This document shows, one piece after another, positions 46,695-56,421 of a stretch of DNA of 64,000 bases. Position numbers and translations under genes: made by a program. The first letter of the stretch is position 1; every line of letters begins with the position of its first letter. The notes under the pieces were generated by a model that saw only the letters and a program-made list of their open reading frames with translations, ran no database searches and was not told the origin of the DNA. Source of the stretch: an uncultured Actinomycetes bacterium. GTDB taxonomy: Bacteria > Actinomycetota > UBA4738 > HRBIN12. The DNA lies in contig OY969934.1 in NCBI GenBank assembly GCA_963704725.1, positions 160,001 to 224,000 on the forward strand, in the 5' to 3' direction.

Positions 46695-48302
46695 TCAGCC
46701 GGCCCGGGGCGCTCGGCGCTTGGCCTCGGCCCGGCGCTCGGCCTCCAGGCGCTCGAGATCCACGTCGCTGTAGTCGACGTGGATCATGGCGCCGGCGATC
46801 GCGCGATGGCCGGCCGTGTTCGCGATGAGGTCGTGCATCGTCTGCGCCACGCGCCGATACGTGGGATGTCCCTGCGGGCTCGAGCGCAGCTCGATGAGGT
46901 GCATCGCCTCGCGGGCGCTCATCTGCATCACGAATCGGATCCGGTATGCCATCGACACCGCGTACTGGGCGACGTCCTTGCCGGCCGTGGCGAACAGCGC
47001 CTCCCACGTCGCGGCCGAGTCCTCCATCACGGCGTGCCAGTCGTCGGCGAGCCCGGCCTCCTCGACCTGCGGCGGCGTGTCGTAGCCGTGCATGGGCGAC
47101 AGGCGCTGCCACTCCAGCGTGAGGGGCCGGTGGCGCTGGAGGTCGCGGAACGCCCCGTAGTCGCACAGCACGTCGAACCGATACCCGGTGCGCTCGAACG
47201 CGCGCCCCGGCTTGTGCCGGCGGTTGCCGCGCTCGCCCACGTAGGCGCGCAGGACGTTCTCGCGCTCCTCGGCGCTCATCGTGTGCGCGAGGGACTGGCA
47301 GCGGTCGTCGGGCAGGTCGGTCGAGGCGTACAGCGCCGCCGCGACGACCTTCTCCTCGCCCAGCGGGTCGTACTCGCTCAGCGTGACGACGTCTCGCGCG
47401 CCGGGCTCGATCCCCTCGGTGTACTTCGCGGCCACCTCGAGCATCCGCTCCCGGGTGTCCTCGAGGTAGCGCGACCACGCGAGGCCTCGGTCGGGGAGGT
47501 CGACGCGCCGCAGGAAGGCAGGGATGACCTTGCGGAGCTCGACGAGCATGAGGTCCGCGTACTCGCGCACCTCGGCCAGCGGGTGGGCCCGCATGCGGAG
47601 CAGCATCTGCTCGTAGCTCTGGCCGGTGGCGTAGACGCCGAGGTTCGAGCGCGTCCCCGCCGGCAGGAGGACGCGGAGCGTGTCGCACGTCTTCGCCGTG
47701 ATCGTCGAGCGGTAGAGGAAGTCGGAGTCGGCCGGGTCCTTCGGGAAGCGCTCGGTGAACAGGTCGTACAGCGGCTGGAACATCCGCCCGTAGGTCTCGA
47801 ACGTCCGCGTGGCGAAGCCCTCGTAGGCCTCCGCCGCCGGTGTGCCCTCGATCTCCGGTGGGACGGTGAGTCGCCACCTTCCGCCGGGCCGGTCGTCGTA
47901 GCGCATGTACCGCGTGGACTGCTCGAGGTAGGCGGCGAGCCGGCCCCACTCGATCGCTTTCGCCAGGAGCTGCGAGGCCTGCTCGCACGCAAGGTGAACC
48001 CCGCCGAGTTGCGCGACGGAGTCGTCGCCGAACTCGAAGAAGACGTTGTCGTAGAGCTTCTCGGCGCGCCTCGTGCCCACGGCGCTCGTCGAACCGCCGG
48101 TTCCGACCTCCTCGGCGAACTCGTCGAGGAAGAGGCGTCGCAGCGGCTTGGCCGTGCGCGAATACCGTGCGAAGAGCGCGCCCTTCACCACCTCCGGCAG
48201 GTTGACGAGCGCGAACACCGGCCCCTCGAGGTTGGTGAAGTACGGGTCGAGCCGCGCCCGCTCCTCGGCGGTGTAGTCCTCAGGGACGAACCAGAGGCTC
48301 AC
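46695..48302 (-). CDS. thyX: FAD-dependent thymidylate synthase, tandem-domain long form
   Basis: ALFARYSR, GDDSVAQL, YLEQSTRY and second-domain RDLQRHR, ELRS..QGH..YR; GTGA overlap with pknB. Confidence 0.88.
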   Translation of the reverse strand: MSLWFVPEDYTAEERARLDPYFTNLEGPVFALVNLPEVVKGALFARYSRTAKPLRRLFLDEFAEEVGTGGSTSAVGTRRAEKLYDNVFFEFGDDSVAQLGGVHLACEQASQLLAKAIEWGRLAAYLEQSTRYMRYDDRPGGRWRLTVPPEIEGTPAAEAYEGFATRTFETYGRMFQPLYDLFTERFPKDPADSDFLYRSTITAKTCDTLRVLLPAGTRSNLGVYATGQSYEQMLLRMRAHPLAEVREYADLMLVELRKVIPAFLRRVDLPDRGLAWSRYLEDTRERMLEVAAKYTEGIEPGARDVVTLSEYDPLGEEKVVAAALYASTDLPDDRCQSLAHTMSAEERENVLRAYVGERGNRRHKPGRAFERTGYRFDVLCDYGAFRDLQRHRPLTLEWQRLSPMHGYDTPPQVEEAGLADDWHAVMEDSAATWEALFATAGKDVAQYAVSMAYRIRFVMQMSAREAMHLIELRSSPQGHPTYRRVAQTMHDLIANTAGHRAIAGAMIHVDYSDVDLERLEAERRAEAKRRAPRAG

Positions 48303-50068
48303 GCCGTCGGCCCCGTCCCACCGCTGATGCCGGTCGGCCCCGTCGGACCCGTCGGGGGCGGCGCCTCGGCTCCGCCGAAGAGCGTGACCGTGGTCCCGGC
48401 CGGCACCGGCGTGCCGGGGGTCGGGTCCTGCTGGGCCACGCGGTTGGGATTCGGGCACAGCGTGTTCGGTGCCACGGTCGAGTCCGAGATCACGGGGTTG
48501 AGACCAGCACTCCGCAGCTGGGCGGAGGCGGCGCCGAACGGCTGGCAGCGCACGTCCGGAACGGTGACGTTCTCGGGGCCGCTCGAGACGAAGATCGTGA
48601 TCGTGGCGTCCGGTGCGACGTCGGCCGTGCCCTCGGGCGGATCGATGCGCGTGACCAGGTCCTGACCGACCTCGGCGCTCGGCTCAGGCTGGGTCGTGAT
48701 GACGAAGTCGAGGCTGACTGCCAGCAGCGCGGCCTGCACCTCCTCCGGCGTCTGCCCGGTCAGACCGGTCGGGAGCGTCACCGTCCCCGGTTCCTCGACG
48801 ACCGTGAGCGCGACCTCGGTCCCCTCGTCGACCTCCGTGTCGGCCACGGGGTCCTGCTCGATCACCGTTCCGGGCTCGGCGTCCGGCTGATCCACCGGGG
48901 CCGGCACCCGGATCACCTTTTCGTCCGGAACGACCAAGCCCTCCGCCTCCAGGTCCGACTTGGCGGCGTTCAAGCGCTCGCCGACGACGTTGGGGACGAT
49001 CACCGTCTGCGTCTGCTGGCCGTCGTCGTTGTTGTTGTTCAGGAGGTTCTTGGCCAGCAGGAACAGGACGAGCGCGAGGATCCCGAGGATCAGCAGCGTG
49101 ACGAGCACCGGGATCCACCAGCGCGAGCGCGGGGGCTCGGGCTGCTGGGTCGGTGGGAGCACGGCGGTTCGGCCGGCGGCCTCGCGCGAGATCACCTGCG
49201 TCGAGCCCGCGTCCACGGGCAGCAACGGGGTGGCCTCGACCGGCATGCCGCGTCGCACGCGCTCCAGATCGGAACGGAACTCCGCGGCCGTCTGGTAGCG
49301 GTTGGCGGGGTTCTTCGCCATCGCTCGCAGGATCACGGCCTCGAGGTCGGCCGACACGTCGCGGTTCAGGCGGGAGGGCGGGGTCGGCTGCTCGAGGACC
49401 TGCTTGGACGCCACCGTGACCGGTGAGTCGCCCAGGAACGGCGGCCGCCCCGTCACCATCTCGTACAGGACGCAGCCCAGCGAGTAGATGTCCGAGCGTC
49501 CGTCCACCGGCTGGCCCTGGGCCTGCTCCGGGGAGAGGTACGACGCCGTGCCCAGCACGGCGGCGGTCTGCGCCACGGTCTCCGCCGTCGTCACCATCCG
49601 GGCGATCCCGAAGTCCGTGACCTTCACGTCGCCGCGCTGGTCGAGCATGATGTTCCCGGGCTTGATGTCGCGGTGGATCACGCCCTGCGCGTGGGCCGCC
49701 TCGAGCGCCCGGCACACGTCCGCCGCGATCTCGATGGCGCGGTCGGGCATGATGCGGCCGCCGCCCGTGAGGAACTCGGCGAGCGTCTTGCCCTCGACGT
49801 ACTCCATGACGATGAAGTGCACGCCGTCGTCGGAGCCCGTGTCGAAGACCGAGACGAGGTTCTGGTTGCTGATGCGCGCGGCGGCCTGCGCCTCCCGGCG
49901 GAACCGCGAGACGAAGTTGGGGTCGTCGGCGAACTGCGGCGCAAGGATCTTGATGGCCACCGCCCGCCCCAGGACCGTGTCCTCGCCGCGGTAGACCTTG
50001 GCCATGCCGCCGCGCCCGAGCTCGTGCTCGACGCGGTAGCGCCCCCCGAGCGTCACCGGCTGCTGGAT
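48299..50068 (-). CDS. pknB: PASTA-domain Ser/Thr kinase PknB
   Basis: LGRGGMA, HRDIKPGN, TDFGIA, SPEQ, TM, three PASTA repeats; start is ATC 50068 or GTG 50056. Confidence 0.94.
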   Translation of the reverse strand: MQQPVTLGGRYRVEHELGRGGMAKVYRGEDTVLGRAVAIKILAPQFADDPNFVSRFRREAQAAARISNQNLVSVFDTGSDDGVHFIVMEYVEGKTLAEFLTGGGRIMPDRAIEIAADVCRALEAAHAQGVIHRDIKPGNIMLDQRGDVKVTDFGIARMVTTAETVAQTAAVLGTASYLSPEQAQGQPVDGRSDIYSLGCVLYEMVTGRPPFLGDSPVTVASKQVLEQPTPPSRLNRDVSADLEAVILRAMAKNPANRYQTAAEFRSDLERVRRGMPVEATPLLPVDAGSTQVISREAAGRTAVLPPTQQPEPPRSRWWIPVLVTLLILGILALVLFLLAKNLLNNNNDDGQQTQTVIVPNVVGERLNAAKSDLEAEGLVVPDEKVIRVPAPVDQPDAEPGTVIEQDPVADTEVDEGTEVALTVVEEPGTVTLPTGLTGQTPEEVQAALLAVSLDFVITTQPEPSAEVGQDLVTRIDPPEGTADVAPDATITIFVSSGPENVTVPDVRCQPFGAASAQLRSAGLNPVISDSTVAPNTLCPNPNRVAQQDPTPGTPVPAGTTVTLFGGAEAPPPTGPTGPTGISGGTGPTA

Positions 50069-50084
50069 CGCGGACTCCCCCTCG

Positions 50085-51575
50085 TCATCGGCCGAGCGCG
50101 GCCTCCAGGACCGCCTTCGCGATCGGCGCGGCCACCTGGCCGCCCGTCGCCTCGCTGCCAAGGCTACCCCCGTTGAGGACGATGACGGCGACCGCCAGCT
50201 GTGGAGATTCCGCGGGGGCGAAGCACGTGAACCAGGCGTGCGGGGGCTCGCCCTCGCCGTGCTGGGCGGTCCCGGTCTTGCCGGCCACGGTGACCCCGGC
50301 GATCTGCGCGGCCGTTCCCGTGCCGGCCTGCACGACGGAGACCATCATCTGCGTCAGGGCGGCGGCGTTCGTGGCCGAGAGCGGCTGGGAGAACACCTCC
50401 GGCTCGAACGACCTGATGACCCGGCCGCTCGGGTCGCGGATCTCCGTGACCAGCCGAGGGCGCATCAGGACGCCGCCGTTCGCGATCGCCGAGGAGACGA
50501 GCGCCATCTGCAAGGGGTTCGCCGCGACGTCCTGCTGGCCGATCGCCGAGATGGCCACGGCCGGCTCCCGCTGCGCGAACGTCTCGGGCGCCGGGAACAC
50601 GCCGGAGACCCACGGGATGTCGAACGGCACCGCGTCCTCGCCGGCCTCCGCGGTGAACCCGTACTTGCGCGCCTCGGCCGCGAGGCGGTCCGCCCCGAGC
50701 TCGAGCCCGATCCCGCCGAACACCACGTTGCACGACTGACGGAGCGCCTCGGCCAGGGTGATCTCCGGTCCGCCCGAGCACGTCGAGCCGCCGAAGTTCT
50801 GGATCGTCGCGTCCGTGAGGGGGAGGTCGAGCTCGTGGGGGTTCGGCCAGCTGCTGTCGGGCCCGAACCCGTTCTCGAGTGCCGCCGACGCCGTCACGAG
50901 CTTGAACGTCGACCCGGGCGGGAACAGCTCTTCGCTGGCGCGCGAGACGATCGGCTTCTCGGGATCGGAGGTGAGCTCGTCCCACGCCTCGCGCACGCTC
51001 TGGCCGTCCTGCGCCGCAAGGAGGTTGGGGTCGTACGTCGGCTCGGCCACCAGCGCCAGCACGTTGCCCGTCGAGGGCTCGACGACGGCGATCGCCACGT
51101 CACCCGATTCCGCGGCGGCGGCCTCCTCGGCGGCCGTCTGGATCACCGGATCGATCGTCGTCACGATCGTCCCGCCCTGCTTGTCGCGGCCGAGCACCAG
51201 ATCGGTGAGCGTCTGCGGGAACAGCTCGGCCGCGTCGCCGGCCAGGTAGCTGTTGAACGACTGCTCGAGGTCCCGGCGACCGAAGATGAACGAGTAGTAG
51301 CCGGTGACGTGCGCGTACCGAGGCCCCTGCGGGTAGCGCCGCTGGTACCGCAGCAGGCCCGAGCTCCGGCGGCTCGACGCGAGCACGGTCCTGCCGTCGC
51401 TGGCCAGGATCGATCCGCGATGGACGGCGTACTCCGCCTTGAGCTGACGGGTCGCGTTGGCCGAGTTGTTCTCGAGGTCGTCGGACGCGAACACCTGGAT
51501 GTAGTTGATCTGCGCGAGCAGGATCAGGAACAGGACGATGAGCCCCACCCCCAGCCTGCGGATCTGGCGCTCCAC
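50085..51575 (-). CDS. pbpA: class B penicillin-binding protein PbpA
   Basis: PPGSTFK, SCN, AGKTGTA; position in the cluster. Confidence 0.93.
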   Translation of the reverse strand: MERQIRRLGVGLIVLFLILLAQINYIQVFASDDLENNSANATRQLKAEYAVHRGSILASDGRTVLASSRRSSGLLRYQRRYPQGPRYAHVTGYYSFIFGRRDLEQSFNSYLAGDAAELFPQTLTDLVLGRDKQGGTIVTTIDPVIQTAAEEAAAAESGDVAIAVVEPSTGNVLALVAEPTYDPNLLAAQDGQSVREAWDELTSDPEKPIVSRASEELFPPGSTFKLVTASAALENGFGPDSSWPNPHELDLPLTDATIQNFGGSTCSGGPEITLAEALRQSCNVVFGGIGLELGADRLAAEARKYGFTAEAGEDAVPFDIPWVSGVFPAPETFAQREPAVAISAIGQQDVAANPLQMALVSSAIANGGVLMRPRLVTEIRDPSGRVIRSFEPEVFSQPLSATNAAALTQMMVSVVQAGTGTAAQIAGVTVAGKTGTAQHGEGEPPHAWFTCFAPAESPQLAVAVIVLNGGSLGSEATGGQVAAPIAKAVLEAALGR

Positions 51576-51576
51576 G

Positions 51577-52890
51577 TCAGGTCGCCCCTCGCTGCGGCGC
51601 CGTCCCGGCCGCGATGCGGACGAGCAGCGCGAGCAGGACCGAGTTGGACACCAGGCTCGAGCCCCCGTACGACATGAACGGGAGCGTCACGCCCGTCAGC
51701 GGGATCACCCGCGTCACGCCCCCGACGATCACGAACGTCTGGAGCGCGATCAGCGTCGAGAGCCCGGCGGCCAGGAGCTGCCCGAACCCCTCCCGGGCCT
51801 CGACCGCGATCCGGAGTCCCTTGCCCACCAACACGACGTAGAGCAGGAGCACGGCGGTCGTCCCGAGGAGCCCGAGCTCCTCCCCGATCGCCGCGAAGAT
51901 GAAGTCCGTGGCCGCGAACGGGATGAGCCCCGGCGATCCCTGGCCGAGCCCCGAGCCGACCAGGCCGCCGGTCGCCATGCCGAACTCGGCCTGGGCCACC
52001 TGGCCGTAGCCGACCTTGAAGACCTTCTCCGGATCGAGGGCGTGTAGCCAGATGTCCACGCGCAACTGCACGTGGTCGAACAGCGCCCACCCCGCGTACG
52101 CGCCGATCCCGAACAGGACGAGTCCGAGGATCAGGTACGCCACGCGCCCGGTGGCGATCCAGATCATCACCATGAAGATGCCGAAGTACAGGAGCGAGGC
52201 GCCGAGGTCCTTCTGCACGAACAGGATCGCCAGCGAGGCGCCCCACGCCAGCAGGACGGGGGCGAGATGCTTGGCCGCCGGCAACCGAAGCGGGCCGATC
52301 CGTGACGTGGCCACCTGAAGCAGCTCGCGCCGCTGGTTCAGGTAGGACGCGAGGAAGATCACGATGAGGACCTTTCCGATCTCGGCCGGCTGGAAGCCGA
52401 GCGGCCCGATCTGCACCCACAGCCGGGCTCCGTTGATGGTCCGGCCGATGCCCGGGACCATGGGCAGCATCAGCATGACGAGGCCGAGCAGGCCGATCGT
52501 GTACGTGTAGGCGTCGAGCATCCGGTGGTCGCGCACCACGACGAGCGTTGCCATGAACGCGAGCAGGCCGACGGCGATCCACGTGATCTGCTCGGCGGCC
52601 AGGCCCCCCGAGAGCCGGAAGATCGTCGCGAACCCCAGCCCGACGAGCACGCCGGCGACCGGGAACAACGCCGGGTCTGCCGTCGGCGCGTATCGACGGA
52701 TCACGACGAGCGAGCTCCCGTACCCCACCACGAAGATCGAGGCGTACAACGCGAAGGTGGCCGGGAGCTGTCCTCGCTTGCCGTAGCCGGCGATGACGTA
52801 CGCGCCGATCGACAGGATGAGCGCGAGGACCGTGAACGCGATCGCCGCGGCGATCGGGGAACGCGCGGACCGCGAGGCGACCCTGCTCAC
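51577..52890 (-). CDS. rodA: SEDS protein RodA
   Basis: FQPAEIGK, KDLG, TDFIF, IPLTG.TLPF.SYGGSS. Confidence 0.93.
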   Translation of the reverse strand: MSRVASRSARSPIAAAIAFTVLALILSIGAYVIAGYGKRGQLPATFALYASIFVVGYGSSLVVIRRYAPTADPALFPVAGVLVGLGFATIFRLSGGLAAEQITWIAVGLLAFMATLVVVRDHRMLDAYTYTIGLLGLVMLMLPMVPGIGRTINGARLWVQIGPLGFQPAEIGKVLIVIFLASYLNQRRELLQVATSRIGPLRLPAAKHLAPVLLAWGASLAILFVQKDLGASLLYFGIFMVMIWIATGRVAYLILGLVLFGIGAYAGWALFDHVQLRVDIWLHALDPEKVFKVGYGQVAQAEFGMATGGLVGSGLGQGSPGLIPFAATDFIFAAIGEELGLLGTTAVLLLYVVLVGKGLRIAVEAREGFGQLLAAGLSTLIALQTFVIVGGVTRVIPLTGVTLPFMSYGGSSLVSNSVLLALLVRIAAGTAPQRGAT

Positions 52891-54071
52891 GGCCCGCCGC
52901 TCTGGGCCCGAGCGACGTCCTGGCGGATCTGCTCCACGATGGCGTCGGCGGCGGCCCGGTCGTCGGCGGTGATGCCGTCGGGCAGGTTCCGGTACACGGC
53001 CAGAGACTCGGCCTCGGCGGCCGGGATGGTGGTCTCGACGACCACGGAGTTGAGGTGGAGGCGCCCGATCTCGACGGGGAGCCCTCGGAAGACCGCGACA
53101 CGCCCGTTCGAGACCCCCACGAACCACTGGCTGTCGATGTAGAAGCGCAGCGCCGTCATGCCGGCGATGAACACGACGAAGATCACCAGCGCGCGGAGCA
53201 CGAGAACCCGAGGGGTTCGCGCACGCAGCGGAGCCGGCACCTCGAGGATGGGACCGCGGGTGACGGTCCTCGCGTCCGGACGCTCCCCCGGAGTGGCGAG
53301 GGGCGCGGCCCGCCGGTCGGTGGCCTCGACCGTGGCTGTGGGCGCGCCCGCTCCTTCGTGGTCGCCCGGGCCATCGTCCGCGATGTCGAGGATCACGGCG
53401 GTGATGTTGTCGATGCCGCCGGCTCGGTTGGCCAGGTCGACGAGCTGCTGGACGGCCGCCTGCGGCTCGCGCGTCCGCTGCAGAACGCCCCGGATCTCGT
53501 CCTCGTGCACCATGCCGGTGAGCCCGTCCGTGCAGAGCAGCAGCCGGTCGCCGGGCCGGACGTCGACCGGCACCTCGTCGACCTGGACCGCGTCGTCGGT
53601 GCCGAGGGCGCGGGTGAGGATGTTGCGGTGGGGGTGGGTCTCGGCCTCCTCCTTCGTGATCTCGCCCTCCTCGACCATGCGGTGCACGAGCGTGTGGTCC
53701 TCCGTGAGGAGGAGGAGCTCCCCGTCGCGGTACAGGTACGCGCGCGAGTCGCCGACGTGCGCGAGCCGCACGCGCCCGCCCTGTACCAGCGCCGCAGTGA
53801 GGGTCGTGCCCATGCCGGCGACCGCCCGGTCCGACTGCGAGCGTTCGAAGACGGCGCGGTTCGCCGCCTCGACCTGCTCGATCAGCGATCCGTCGTGCGC
53901 GGAGAACATGCGCTCGACCGTCTGGAGCGCGAGGGTCGAGGCGACGTCGCCTCCCCGATGGCCGCCCATGCCGTCTGCGACGGCGAACAGCGGGTCGAGG
54001 ACGAGATAGGAGTCCTCGTTGCCCTCGCGCACCTGGCCGATGTCCGAGGCCGCGCCCACGAGGACCCTCAT
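52887..54071 (-). CDS. pstP: PP2C-type Ser/Thr phosphatase PstP
   Basis: REGNED, VADGMGG, GMGTT, HVGDSR, LCTDGL, GGIDN; TM and extracellular domain. Confidence 0.93.
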   Translation of the reverse strand: MRVLVGAASDIGQVREGNEDSYLVLDPLFAVADGMGGHRGGDVASTLALQTVERMFSAHDGSLIEQVEAANRAVFERSQSDRAVAGMGTTLTAALVQGGRVRLAHVGDSRAYLYRDGELLLLTEDHTLVHRMVEEGEITKEEAETHPHRNILTRALGTDDAVQVDEVPVDVRPGDRLLLCTDGLTGMVHEDEIRGVLQRTREPQAAVQQLVDLANRAGGIDNITAVILDIADDGPGDHEGAGAPTATVEATDRRAAPLATPGERPDARTVTRGPILEVPAPLRARTPRVLVLRALVIFVVFIAGMTALRFYIDSQWFVGVSNGRVAVFRGLPVEIGRLHLNSVVVETTIPAAEAESLAVYRNLPDGITADDRAAADAIVEQIRQDVARAQSGGP

Positions 54072-54535
54072 CGCCGCAGCTCCAGCACGGTCTTCCCCAC
54101 CTTCACGACGTCGCCGGCGTGCACCGCCACGGCCTGCACGACGCGACGGTCGTTCAGGAACGTGCCGTTGGTCGACCCGAGGTCCTCGACGTACCAGCCG
54201 CCGTCCTGCCCGTACAGGCGCGCGTGCATCTGGGAAACGTACGAATCCTCCAGGCGGATCGCACACGCGTCGCCGCGGCCGATCTCCACCGAGCCCGAGA
54301 GCCGCACCGTCCGCGGCTTGGGCGTGTCGGGCTCGTGCACGACCACCTGCGACGGGGGCTTCCCGCTCTTCGAGGGCTTGGCCGGGGCGGCGGCGGGGGC
54401 GCGGTTGGGAGCGGCCCCCCGCTCGCGCCGGCGTCCGGCCACGTCCGCGGTCACCGACCGCACGGCGCGGAAGACGAAGAAGTACAGGAGCACGACCAGC
54501 GCGTACTTCAGGACCGACAGGACGAACGGTGACAC
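54068..54535 (-). CDS. fhaB: FHA-domain protein FhaB/FipA
   Basis: N-terminal TM; IGR, SQMHA, DLGSTNGT. Confidence 0.9.
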   Translation of the reverse strand: MSPFVLSVLKYALVVLLYFFVFRAVRSVTADVAGRRRERGAAPNRAPAAAPAKPSKSGKPPSQVVVHEPDTPKPRTVRLSGSVEIGRGDACAIRLEDSYVSQMHARLYGQDGGWYVEDLGSTNGTFLNDRRVVQAVAVHAGDVVKVGKTVLELRR

Positions 54536-55222
54536 TCAGCCCCTCCGGAACTCGAGGACGGTCTCCCCAATCGTGATGCGATCGCCGTCGTCGAGCACTC
54601 GCTCCCGAACCTCCTCGTCGTTCACGAGCGTGCCGTTCGTCGAGCCGAGGTCGGTCACGACGAACTCGCCGCCCGCGTTGGCGATCCTGGCGTGCTGTCG
54701 TGAGGCGCCGGGATCGGAGATCACCACGTCGCTCTCGGGCAGCCGGCCGAGCGTGAGGACGGGCTTGGCCAGCGAGTAGGTCCGGGCCGGCCGCCCGCCC
54801 TCGTACAGCGTGAGCGTGGCCTGCCCCGCGACGAGCGGCGCCAGCTCCTCCTCGCCCTCGACGAACGACGCCTCCACCTCGAACCGGCCTCGGGCGAGGT
54901 CCTCGTCCAGCACGAACTCGATCTCGGGCGGCCCGACCAGGCCCCAGCCGCGTTCGGCGGCGGTCTCCCTGACCACTCGCTTGAGCTCGGTGACCAGGGC
55001 GTGCTCGGCCTGCTCGAACCGTTCGCCGTCGGCCTCGGAGAGCGTGAAGCCGAACCGGTTGGGGGCCCACACCTCCCGCACGCCGACCGTCTTGTTCGCG
55101 TCCATCTCACGCATCAGGCGCTTGGCGAGCTCGACCGGTTGCACCCCGGAGCGGAAGGCCGAGGCGAAGAACCCCTCGACCAGGTTGCCGAGGCGTCGCT
55201 CGAAGTCTCGGAGGATGGGCAC
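54536..55222 (-). CDS. fhaA: DUF3662-FHA protein FhaA
   Basis: FERRL..LVEG.FA..FRSGVQPVEL; LGR, SRQHA, DLGSTNGT. Confidence 0.9.
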   Translation of the reverse strand: MPILRDFERRLGNLVEGFFASAFRSGVQPVELAKRLMREMDANKTVGVREVWAPNRFGFTLSEADGERFEQAEHALVTELKRVVRETAAERGWGLVGPPEIEFVLDEDLARGRFEVEASFVEGEEELAPLVAGQATLTLYEGGRPARTYSLAKPVLTLGRLPESDVVISDPGASRQHARIANAGGEFVVTDLGSTNGTLVNDEEVRERVLDDGDRITIGETVLEFRRG

Positions 55223-55317
55223 GGGCGCCGTCCCGGGGTCGTCGTTCCCGCTGCTCAGCAGCGGTTCGGGGCGGATTCTACCCGCGGCCCGGGACCACGA
55301 ACCCGTCGAGCCGGGCG

Positions 55318-55611
55318 CTACGGAGGACTCGGGGCGCCATACGGCACGAAACCGAGGCGCTCCTCGGGCGACATCCTGCGGAGCCGGTGCGCGCGGATCT
55401 CGAGCAGTTCGGCGTACGGCGCGGTGACCAGGAGCACCGCGAACAGGAAGCGGAGGGTCGAGCCGTAGAACGGGGCAAGCATGTTCGTCGCGACGCCGAA
55501 GATCGTCACCACGATCACCGCGGCGAACGCGACCTCCCCGGCCACGGCGAACCAGTGGAGTACGTCTTCGTACCGGATCCGCTCTCCGGCGATGGTGAAT
55601 GACCCCCTCAT
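55318..55611 (-). CDS. small hypothetical membrane protein (2 TM)
   Basis: Two hydrophobic segments; fills the gap between fhaA and tRNA-Leu. Confidence 0.45.
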   Translation of the reverse strand: MRGSFTIAGERIRYEDVLHWFAVAGEVAFAAVIVVTIFGVATNMLAPFYGSTLRFLFAVLLVTAPYAELLEIRAHRLRRMSPEERLGFVPYGAPSPP

Positions 55612-55697
55612 CTCGGGTCATGCATCGGTACGCAACATCGATTCTTTGAGTGGGGAATCCGGGGGACAGGGGGAGTTGCTACGATGCCTGCCCCCAC

Positions 55698-55763
<66 letters not shown>

Positions 55764-55782
<19 letters not shown>

Positions 55783-56336
55783 CCGAACCCCAGGTTCGCC
55801 GGCCGCGCGATCTCGGGAACGCGCGCAGGCCGCGGGCGGTCGCGAACCACGCACCACGCGCACCAGGCGATCCCGGCCAGCAGCAGCAGGGTCCCGGCGA
55901 TCCGGACCATCGCGGCGATCGTGCCTGCGGCGTCCAGGGCGTCGAGGTGCTCGGGGCCGAGGACGAACGCCCAGTCGTGCTCGCCGCCGATGAGCTCGAG
56001 ACGCTGGTACGGCGCGTCGGCGATGTAGACGGCTGCGTCCCGGGCGGAGGTCCCGGCCCAGGCCAGACACAGCGCCGATCCGACGACGTCCGGCCGGACG
56101 AACGCGAAGTACGCGGCGAGCCCGAGCGGCACCGCCACCTGCGCGATCGACCCCATCGACGCGGTCACCACGTCGGGCAGCGGGTATGTGAGCAGGTGCC
56201 CGAGCTCGTGAAAGCCGAGGTCGACCAGGCCGAGCAGGGGGACCCGGAGGTCGCGGACGATCGAGAACCAGGCGAGCAGGAGGCAACCCGCGATCCCCGC
56301 GAGGGGTCGCCAGCGGCGTATGTCCGTTCGGCTCAC
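55764..56336 (-). CDS. membrane zinc-metalloprotease-like protein (M50B-like)
   Basis: FHELGH, YIADA, HDW; four TM segments; stop lies inside the tRNA-Leu T-arm. Confidence 0.7.
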
Positions 56337-56421
56337 GCGCTAGGTATCGGCCGCCCCGACGGGGTCGATGAGGCAGATCCGTCGGGGAAGCCACTCTGGA
56401 GGCGGAGGGGCCGTCGCCGGC

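Noticed and set aside
49020-49042. (GTT)n/(GTC)n microsatellite
   Set aside because: Short in-frame NNNNDD linker of PknB; no frameshift potential
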